Below, one piece after another: positions 25,270-34,521 of a stretch of 64,000 bases of DNA. Both the position numbers and the translations under genes were made by a program. The notes under the pieces were generated by a model. That model made no database searches, was not told the DNA's origin, and saw only the letters and a program-made list of their open reading frames with translations. The DNA comes from Anthoceros angustus (lineage: Eukaryota; Plantae; Anthocerotophyta): the NCBI GenBank assembly GCA_010909165.1, contig MU008163.1, positions 1,612,001 to 1,676,000 on the forward strand, read 5' to 3'. How positions within the stretch are numbered: the stretch's first letter is position 1; each line of letters begins with the position of its first letter.

Positions 25270-27696
25270 TGGCGGCGGTGTCGATCCGGACAGTGGGCCT
25301 GGCGTTGCTGCTGCTGCTGCTGATGAATTCGGCGGCGGACGGCGGCCTAATTCCAGCAGGCCTCCGCCCGCAGTACTACAGGAAAACGTGCCCGCAGTTC
25401 CCCAACATCGTGCTGTCCACCATCCACACAAATCTGAGGAAGGATGTGCAGATCGCCGCGCACCTGCTCCGCCTTCTCTTCCACGACGCTGTCGTCAACG
25501 TAGTCCTCAGTCCCTCACCCGCGATTCAATTCTTGCTTCAATTCCGCCATCTCCAAGGTTCCACTGGGATTGAATCAGTTGTTCTGAAGAGACGTCGCAA
25601 TCCAATTTTCTTTGCACAGGGCATCGACGCCTCGGTCATGATCGACAGCACCCCCACCAACAGCGGCGAAAAGGACGCACTTCCTAACAGGTGAGAGTCG
25701 CCCGAACGCGACATCTACATCACATGAATTTCCCAGAATTGCCAGCGATGACCATCCACACGGGCCAGACGGCTGGAGAAGGAGAGCATCGACCCCGTTA
25801 CCTCCCGTATGCGAAATGGGCGCTCTACCATGAAAGCTACTTCCTTATGCTGAGAGCTTAGGTAGCTAACGTTGTACCGTACCAAATCAGATCTCTGGAC
25901 GGATTCACAATCATCGACGACATCAAAGCACAATTGGAGGCAGTGTGTCCGGGCACGGTCTCGTGCGCAGACATTCTCGTCATGAGCGTCCGAGACGCGG
26001 TGTTTCTGGTGCGTCGAGCTTTGTGATTGCAATGCATGTCGTCATACCTTGCAATTAGAGAGGTCAATATCCCCACATCTTTGTGACCAAGTCCTTCAAT
26101 CAGTTGCTCAGTATCCTGAACCCATGCAGCCACACTTGGCGTACATGCTTACCAAAGTGTTGATCACAGCTACATCAGCCTGATCTCCTTTTTCTGATTT
26201 GTGGATGAAGCTGCTTCCCACCTCCAAATCTGGGGTTACCTACACTCGCACATGCCTGTAGAGGGCACACAAATGTCACAGAGTCGGGTGCAACCATGCC
26301 TTCTTCTTACATAGCTCTGTAGAGATGAAGGGCTTTCTGGTCCATGCCCTGCTGGGAATACCCTCCAAAAGAGCAGTCCAAGTCACCAAATCCTTTTTAT
26401 CAAGTCCGTCAAACCCACTGTGAGCATCCTCTAGGCTGCCACACTTTGCACACATGTCAACCAAACTGTTGGCTACAACCACATCAGCTTGATGCCCATG
26501 TTAGCTAAACCACATCAGCTTGATGCTCTTGTCCATGTTTAAGATGGACGAGAAATGATAGAAGACAACATGAAGCATCAGGTACAGCAACCATTGCAAA
26601 CACATCCATCGCATCTTGCAAGAAGTCTGTCCCCCGCCATTCTGGGGTTCGCCGTTTAACAGGAGTGGGACGTTGTGAGACGTTGAGACGTTGAGCTTCG
26701 AGCCCCTCCTTCCCTCCTTCCTTCCTTCCTTGAGGATTGTACAATGTGGTGGTGATGGGATGTGCGCAGAGGGAAGGCCCGTTCTTCCCGGTGTACCTGG
26801 GCAGGAAAGACGGGCGGGCGAGCAGCGTGAGCGCAGCGATCGCCAACAACCCATCGTCCAACATCTTCGTGGACCAGGTGCTGGCGGCCTTCTCCGCGCT
26901 GGGGCTCGGGGTGGCGGACGCGGTTGCGCTCTCAGGCGCGCACACCATCGGGAAGGCCGGCTGCCGCGCCTTCGGCAGGAGGCTCACCAACTTCAACGGA
27001 ACCGGCCTCCCCGACCCCACGATTCCTCCCTCCTACCTTGCGCAGATCCTGGCCAACTGCAGCGTGAGCTCGTTCCGGGTGGACAACGATCCGCTCACCC
27101 CGACCGTGTTCGACAACCAGTACTACGTCGACCTGCTCGCCAGCCGCGGCCTCTTCCAGTCCGACCAGTACCTGCTCTTCGATCCCCGCACCAAGCCCTA
27201 CGTGCTCAAGTTCGCCGCCAACCAGCGCGCCTTCTTCTCGCAATTCAGCTCCTCCATCTTCGCCCTCAGCAATGTGGGAGTCCTCACAGGCCACGACGGC
27301 GAGGTCAGGACCAATTGCCGGGTCGTGAACCCGCTTCCTTCCCCTCCTCCCCCTCCTGCTCCTCCTGCTTCTCCTCCTCCTCCTCCCCCTGCTTCTCCTC
27401 CTCCTCCTCCCCTGCTTCTCCTCCTCCCCCTGCTTCTCCTCCTCCCCCTGCTTCTCCTCCTCCTGCTTCTCCTCCCCTGCTTCTCCTCCTCCTCCTCCCC
27501 TTGCTTCTTCTCCTCCTCCTCCCCCTGCTGCTGCTTCTCCGCCTGCAACTTCCCTGTTGATGGGACGCCAACGGCGGCACTGCCTCCTGCTGGTGCTACA
27601 CCACCGGCGGCTGAAGCTTCACCACCGGCGGCTGATGCTTCACCACCGGCGGCTGCTGCTTCACCACCGGCGTCCGATGCTTCACCCTGGTCATAG
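25270..27696 (+). CDS. Class III secretory peroxidase with a Pro-rich C-terminal extension (Prx-1); exons 25270-25499, 25620-25690, 25891-26008, 26770-27696
   Basis: Signal peptide followed by [77 protein letters not shown] and [11 protein letters not shown]. The tail contains SPPPP/ASPP repeats; a frame drift inside the C/T homopolymers is likely a sequencing error. Confidence 0.93.
25774..25846 (-). pseudogene. Degenerate tRNA-Ala(CGC) copy inside intron 2 of Prx-1
   Basis: The reverse complement aaggaagtagctttcatggtagagcgcccatttcgcatacgggaggtaacggggtcgatgctctccttctcca aligns end to end with the tRNA at 32232-32304, with mismatches in the acceptor, D and T stems. Confidence 0.85.
26045..26623 (-). 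other. PPR-pseudogene fragment of about 580 bp inside intron 3 of Prx-1; near-identical to 15863-16444
   Basis: catacc ttgcaattagagaggtc ... catccatcgcatcttgcaag matches cassette A apart from homopolymer-length differences and one or two substitutions. Confidence 0.9.
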
Positions 27697-28049
27697 TTGG
27701 GGGCTGATCGGAAAGCTGGAGAATCACCGAAAACGTTAGCACCACCCGAACGGCAGCGTTGGTGAGTCTCGAATAGTATGACCCTCTCGAAATTTTGGTC
27801 TGTTCCTGGCAATTTGCAGTTACAGGCACTATGACATAGATCTGGGCTGGAGATGTGAAGAAGTGCCGTCTTACTGAGTGAGGTGCTATGGCATGATCCA
27901 GGATGGCCATGGTCGGGGAATGGTAATGTAAACCGGCACCATTTGCTGGTAACAGCCTTCCCAGGCCTCTGTCGGCCATGATCTGCCCTTGTGCACGGTC
28001 ATGTTTGAAGAAACCGAGCCAGTACAAGGCCATTATGTATTTTATGCAT

Positions 28050-29291
28050 TTTAGAGCACGCCGTGTTACGATTTGTCTTCCAACCAGTCCCTCATATGGC
28101 TGCCACACTTCGATATATGTTGCCCAAACTGTTGGCTGCAAACAGATATGGCCTGATGGCCTCCCATCTATGGAGTTGCTCCTCTGTTTCTAAAGCTTGG
28201 GTGCCCACATTTACACATGCCTGTAGAAGGCACGCTTGCACATGCCTGCAGGAGGCACACGAAAGTCACAGAAAGAGTCGGGTACCGTGATGCCTACTGC
28301 TTGCATACCACAGGAACCCCTTGCACATACCTGCACGAGGGAGACGAAAGTCACAGAATTGGTTACCGTGATGCCTGCTGCTTGTCGAGATGGAGGGCTT
28401 CCTGCCCCATCCCCTACTGGGCATACCCTGAAATTAGAGAGGTCCATGTCACCACAGTCTTTGTGACCAAGTCCGCCATGACAACAGTTACTGAGCATCC
28501 TCCATATGCATGCTGCCACACTTCGCATACCTGTTTACCAAACTGTTGACCGCAACCGCATCAGATCGATCATCTCCCCTTCCTCTGCTTTGTGCATGAA
28601 GCTGCTTCCCCACCTCCAACGCTGGGTTGCCTACACTTACACATGCATGTAGAAGGCACACAAATGTCACCGAGTCGCGTATACGCAACTATCCCTTCTT
28701 TGTGCATATTAGCTATGTAGAGATAAAGGGGTTTCTGGCCCATTCCCTGCTGGGATACCCTCAATAACAGCAGTTCAAATCACCACAGTCCCCTTTTCGT
28801 CAAGTCCGTCAAACACAGCATCCTCTAGGTTGCCACACTTTGCGACATATCGACCAAACTGTTGGCTACAACCACATCAGCTTGATGCTCTTGTCCATGC
28901 TTAACAGGAGCAGAAATGATACCATTGCAAGCATATCCATGGCACCTCGGAACCTTCTATGTGAAGCATACATTGGCAGGATATGATAGCACTGGAACGT
29001 ATCCGACTCGCACCCCATATTTCGAAAGACAACTCCTCTAAATCTCTATCTGTGCCAGAACACCCAATGCCCCAACAGCCTCTATCAAACGGCTCTGCTC
29101 AAATAGCCTGCTCACGATCTCAGCAGTCACGCCAATTTCATATCTTGCAGGCCTGATCCTACGAGGGTCAGCATCCTCCAGCTCCTGGCCAACGCCCCCG
29201 AACTGGCTTTCCTGCAACGGTGCTGCAGTCCGCAGCTTCCGTGTTTGCCACTGGCTTCCGTGTTCGCCATTCCCACGCTCCGGACAGCCAT
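28050..29291 (-). pseudogene. PLS-PPR pseudogene, cassette B
   Basis: DSVTFVCLLHACVSVGNPALEVGKQLHAQ..RG..DAVAVNSLVNRYAKCGS and similar fragments. ATG at 29291 and its leader are homologous to those at 16921. Confidence 0.88.
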
Positions 29292-29556
29292 GGCTCGCTC
29301 TTGAAAGCCCCTTTGGAGCGGGTTTCGATGGCGAGAAAGACGATAAATAAAGTCCATATTCATAAATTGGGGAATTTCAATTTAATTCACAAAAGCACAC
29401 AAATCGGAACCCATGAGGCTCGGCGCCATATCTGCAGCTCACATTTAAGCAGACAATTTTCGGTATAAGAGTTTTTCTCTCTGGTAAACTGTTGTTTTGC
29501 GTCCCTGGAAAGCCCTACGACTTCCCTGGTGCATTCGTCCTCACGCGTTCTTGATC

Positions 29557-30177
29557 ATGACACGTCCCCGTCTCTACTACGTGCGGCGTAGGCCTCGAAC
29601 TGTTTATGCACTCCTTGGCGGCGTAGTGAGCGCACTGGTCTTACTGATTGTTTCGAAAGGTATGATGCGCGCACTGCAAGGATTGGATCAGAGGAACACG
29701 AAGAACCGGACTATGTCCGTGGAGTATCAAGGCCCGCTTTCGCCGGACTATCTACGCCTGTTTTCGCCGGACTATCAACGCCTGATTTTGGAGAAAGATC
29801 CAACTCTCGATCAGTTCAAGCTTTGTACGCTCTTGAAGTTTGTGGAATTGTATCTGAAAGAGGGGATCAGGCAAACGGGGCTCAACGAAATCGAGAACTG
29901 GCAGGGATATCTGGATGTTCATAACAGGCTTGTTGCTCTCCGCTCCGAAATTCCATTTATCGACTGCCTTCCGGAGGATGCTGACCCGAGTGAGATCGGT
30001 AAGAACGCCTTTCACGTTTCGTTTAGAGAGTCGGCTTCCTGTCGACTTTGTAAGATTTCGTCCATCCTCAACTTCTCGACTTCAGTCCTTTGTCGTCCGG
30101 CTGATTGCTGCCTTGCTTCCAATTGGAAAAGACAACCGCGTTTTTTCATTACAAGTGCGAGTCGGTCTTATCCATGA
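29557..30177 (+). CDS. Orphan gene X, copy B: open reading frame of a small type-II membrane protein (basic N-terminus, one TM segment, helical domain); the 3' end may be spliced at ATC G|gtaag (about 29999)
   Basis: MTRPRLYYVRRRPR-TVYALLGGVVSALVLLIVS-...LLKFVELYLKEGIRQ...WQGYLDVHNRLVALRSEIPF. It lies downstream of the conserved TATA-like block and has homologues at 18773 and 33692. The family is not recognised. Confidence 0.7.
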   Translation: MTRPRLYYVRRRPRTVYALLGGVVSALVLLIVSKGMMRALQGLDQRNTKNRTMSVEYQGPLSPDYLRLFSPDYQRLILEKDPTLDQFKLCTLLKFVELYLKEGIRQTGLNEIENWQGYLDVHNRLVALRSEIPFIDCLPEDADPSEIGKNAFHVSFRESASCRLCKISSILNFSTSVLCRPADCCLASNWKRQPRFFITSASRSYP

Positions 30178-30849
30178 TGATTGATGTGCAGGCCTAGGGT
30201 ACCGTATATGATTGAGTAACATGCCAGAGCTGCAAAGAGTAACATGCCAGAGCTGCAAAATGTGCGGATTCTTGTCAAGCTTGTACAGGGCAGCAATGTG
30301 AAGGAGGGGTAACACTCTGCACTTATTCTTTGCCACAAAAGTTCAAGATTCCATAATATTATCATCCTGAGCTGAGCAATTGTGAAGAACTCTTCGTTAG
30401 CATCCTATTTCACAATGTCTTGATTCATCTAAAACGAGTTTGCGAATTGTGACGTGTTATAACCCTCTATTGCTGAGGATCCTTTCAAGATTACGAGTGA
30501 GAACAGTCTAACTTGAACTGAACATTCTCATTGTACACGCAGGGTGACGCTTGCAAGAGGCACAAATGGCCGCGTCTTCCACCTGTGAAAGCTTAAACAC
30601 ACAGACGACTCTACATCGTCGATCCTGAGGAGTTTGCAATTGGTTTTAGGTGTAACCGATCGAGGACCTTGATGTGTTTCGATGCTGACGAGACTAAACC
30701 ACAAATCTATCCCGAGTGTTTTGATTCTCCACCGACATATGTAACGTTCACGATCTCTCTGGTGGCTAGTGTTCACCAGGAAGAGGCTGCCCTGGTACTT
30801 CGCGATACGGCCCCTGTCAGGGTTTTCCTGCAGCTCACACGGAGGCAAA

Positions 30850-31354
30850 CATTTGCCGTGTCGATTGTCGCATCTTCCAAGCTGCCACACGTTTGCAAGC
30901 TCCTGGTTACAAACACATCAGGTCTCTAGTTTCCGCATGCAGGTGCTCCCTCCCTCCCCGCCCCCCGTTCAATGCCGGAGTGCCCACACCTGCGCATTCA
31001 CTGTAAAGCGGGAGGGCTTCCTGCCCCATGCCCTGCTGGGAATATCCTGCTATCATCGCATTCCACGTCACCACTTCCTTAAGATCAAGTCCATTCACGG
31101 GTCACTCTCACGTTCCTCGGGGATGCCTGTGCAGCAGAACAGGATGCTCTTCTCACTTTACCTCTTGTCCCACCCACGTGCAGCCTCCAGATATATTTCT
31201 TCTCCACAACTTCTCCTTGCAGAAGATCCGCATTCAGCCAGACATCCTCTTCCTCTTGGACGGGCTGGCTTCTGCCAAAGTGCTCCCTCCCGACTTGGCT
31301 GTGCGCCAGCAGGCACTTCCTTGATGAAACAGACATTGTGCCCCAAGCTCTCAA
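30850..31354 (-). pseudogene. Truncated PLS-PPR remnant (downstream module of cassette B)
   Basis: LDLKEVVTWNAMIAGYSQQGMGQEALPLYSECAGVG; homologous to about 21780-22230. Confidence 0.85.
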
Positions 31355-32231
31355 ACTTCTGAAACAGACATTGTGCCGCAGGCTCTCAAGCTTCTCAAAC
31401 AGACATTATTGTGCCCTAAGCTCTCTAGCTTCTGAAAGAGACCGTGTGCCCCAGGATCTCTGACCTTTTTCAGACATTGTCTCGAAGAAAAGCACATTGT
31501 TAAAATCAAGTTAATAAGTTTCTTGTTGGCTTAAGTTGAACAGCCAATCTCAGCCACTCAGCTGGTTGTCATGTTAAAGATAAGGTGAAGGTTTGTTTCA
31601 CAAAGAGACTGAGGTGGAAGGGGCTCTGAACTTCAGACCCCCTTCCCCCTTTCCTTTTCCTTCAGAGTCTGAAGGAGAGTCGAGTGAAGCCAGCAGTTTG
31701 CTGGAGAAGGCAACTTTCGCACTCTGATAAAGCCCTGTGCATTTCGTGTAAGTGATTAGGTACTCGAGTGGATGGCACAAGCATAATTGAAGTCAGGTAC
31801 TGTATCAGCTTTAGGTCCCAAGGGTAGTTAGAGGTACTGGAGATAAAGTGAAAGCAGCTTGTAAGAACTGATGGGTTCGTTTAGGTGCACGCATTCGATC
31901 TTCCTGCCTTTTACGGATATCATAAGCTGCCTGGCACATGGAAGCTCTATCTTGGCCAGCACTCTGGCACGCACCGACCAAAACCAAACCACTTTCCACT
32001 CCGCTTTTGTGCGTACCTTCTGAACAACTAGTTGTTCATGCTTAAAACTCAATCCAAGCCTTGTTCAGCCAAGCTTGACAGCGTGGTTGGGGCAGGTGCA
32101 ACCCTTTCCCTACAAGCTCAGACCCCGCTGGGCTCATTCATGTGCTAGCTAGACTAATTTACAAGGATTGTTTGATAGTACAGCATTGGAGTAAGTCCGC
32201 AAGCGAATATAAAAGGCCTAATAGAAAGAAC

Positions 32232-32304
32232 TGGAGAAGACGGGCATCGATCCCGTTACCTCCCGTATGCGAAACGGGCGCTCTACCATTTGAGCTACTC
32301 CCCC
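32232..32304 (-). tRNA. tRNA-Ala(CGC)
   Basis: GGGGGAG TA GCTC AAATGGTA GAGC G CCCGT TTCGCAT ACGGG AGGTA ACGGG ATCGATG CCCGT CTTCTCC A folds into a full cloverleaf. The ATCGATG T-loop is typical of eukaryotic tRNA-Ala. Confidence 0.95.
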
Positions 32305-32628
32305 ATGTTGACCTGCAGGTGTGCGTTATCAATATTTTACCTGTATACTGTACAAATATTTTTTGGTCTCCACAGTGGGAAAAACGTATTGACTCGACTA
32401 TGTTCTCTGAAATTGTCTTGCACTTATCAGATTTGTGCATTGCACGCAAGGAATTTAGGGGCATGATTGCTTCATTGTTACTGCATTATTAGATCCGAAG
32501 CGTAGGAAGTTATCCAGCTGATAGGTTGAAAGGTGAAGGGGTTGTAAAGGGTTGACACCTATAGGGAAGCTCATTGTGTTGTAATATACAGCAATCACTC
32601 TCGGCTTAGACTTGGTAAGTTATGCATT

Positions 32629-32775
32629 GATGAGGAGATGCATTTCGAAGAAGGGTTGATGTATAACAATGTGGAATGGTAGGAAGCAGTTGGAAAGGAA
32701 TGTCCACAACTTGTAGATGAAGCAAAGAACTTGTTGAACATTCCTCCAATTTCAATAAAGTGAAAAGAAACTAGA
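32629..32775 (+). mobile_element. Degenerate hAT transposase C-terminal (dimerisation-like) fragment
   Basis: Translates as VEW*EAVGKECPQLVDEAKNLLNIPPIS, resembling the WW..G...P.L...A..IL....S pattern of the hAT dimerisation domain, with TGG>TAG and a further stop. Confidence 0.4.
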
Positions 32776-33691
32776 GCGCATGGAAACATGTCTGACGCGA
32801 TAATGTAGCAAGAACTATGGTGGACAGGGTTGGTATGCTTGTTTATGTTTACTATAATAGTAGAGTATTAAATGGCACAATCCTACTATTGAAGCATCAT
32901 ATTGGGAGGATTGGATAGCATACTTAGAAAATCTTGAACCTAGACAAGTGATTGCAAAAAGTAGCATGAAAGATATGGCCGTAGTGAAATGGAGGACAAC
33001 GAAAGGGGAATCTGCATTTCGGGAGGAGAGTGAAAAAAATGAAGAAGTAGAAGCTACCTCCATTTTGACCTTACAACTTCATTTTTATGCATGCTTGAAA
33101 TTACAATACCCTTACACATAGCTTACATTGCTAACTGTTAGGGATTTCGCACTTGGTTTCAGGTATATTTGATATTGGACTTTCGATGCCGATGAGAATA
33201 AACTTTCTCACTTTCTTATACCAGCTGGCTAGTGTTTACCAGGAAGAGGCTGCGGGTACTCCGCGGTACGTCCCTTGCGAGGAGTTAGGTTTTCCTGCAG
33301 CTGACAAGGAGGTGAAAATTTGCCGTGACGATTGTCTCGGCTCCTTACAGACAGCTCTGGCTTCAATATGGCTTCAAAATTTTGCGTGTTGATCAAAAGA
33401 CCAAAAGCCTTAAAACGCTCCCGTGGCTCGCTCTTGAAAGCCCTTAGGAGCGGAAGGGCGAGGGGACGCTTACCCAAATAGAGTCCATTATAAATTGGGG
33501 AGTTTGAATTTAATTCACAAATGCACACAAATCGGAACCCATGAGGCTCGGCGCCACATCTGCAGAGCTCTGGAGCTCACATTTAAGCAGACAATTTCCA
33601 GTATCAGAGATTTCTCTCTGGTAGACCGTTGTTTTGCGTCCCTGGAACACTACGACTTCCCTGGCGCATTCGTCCTCGCCCGTTCTTGATC

Positions 33692-34256
33692 ATGGCACGT
33701 CCTCGTCTCTACTACTTGCTGCGTAGGCCTTGAACTGTGTATGCATTTCTTGGTAGCGTAGTGATCGCACTGGTTTTAGTGATTATTTCGAAAGCTATGA
33801 CGCGCACACTGCAAGGATCGGATCAGAGGATCATGAGGGTCCGGACAAAGCCCGCGGACTATCAATGCCTGCTTTCGCCGGACTATCAACGCCTGATTTC
33901 GCTCCAAGATCCAAGTCCCAGTCGGTTCAGGCTTTTTATGCTCTTGGGATTTGTGGAATCGTATCTGAAAGAGGCGATCAGGGAAAGGAGGTTCAACGAA
34001 ACCGAGCAGTGGCAGGCATATGTGGATGTTTTCGACAGGCTTGTTGCTCTCCGCTCCGAAATTCCATTTATCGGCTGCGTTCTGGAGGAAGCTGACCCGA
34101 GTGAGATCGGTAAGAACGCCTTTCACGTTTCGTTTAGATCGTCGGCTTGCTGTCGACTTTGTAAGCTTTCATCCATCCTCAACCTCTCGACTTCAGTCTT
34201 TTTGTCGTCCGGCTAATTGATGGCTTGCTTCCTATTGGAAAAGACAACCGCATTCT
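33692..34256 (+). pseudogene. Orphan gene X, copy C (premature TGA at codon 14; 3' part resumes at about 40725 after the Copia insertion)
   Basis: Codon-for-codon homologous to copy B; CGA>TGA at 33731-33733; accgc-attct|LTR...LTR|attct-ttcattgcaag. Confidence 0.85.
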
Positions 34257-34521
34257 TGTTAGAGATTCAATCCTCTGCTACTTACTCTAGTATATTAGGA
34301 TATATTAGGATATTGCACTATCGAGTCTAGGGCTTACCTCCTCGATAGTTGCCTAGCCTAAGGGCTATATATATATGTAGCACCCTGTGCACCATATTGA
34401 CGTGTACTGTGGAGCCTATCTAAGCTAGTGGTGCTATTGCGTGCCATCCATTGCCTCCTTGTGTCCGCTAACCGTGTTGATCCGCGGCGCTGCCCTGGTT
34501 GTGTCTGAGCTAGTTCTTTCA
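34257..34521 (+). repeat. Copia LTR 1 (265 bp)
   Basis: tgttagagattcaatcc ... gagctagttctttca, followed by the PBS. Confidence 0.92.

Noticed and set aside
29752-30015. Antisense ORF as the real gene at locus X
   Set aside because: It is the same-phase antisense shadow, lacks a clear ATG and promoter context, has stops upstream in all copies, and substitutions would fall mainly on its second codon positions.
30082-30890. E/DYW deaminase domain at the end of the PPR remnants
   Set aside because: No HxE(x)nCxxC, PG box or terminal DYW/GRP-like residues in any frame I translated.
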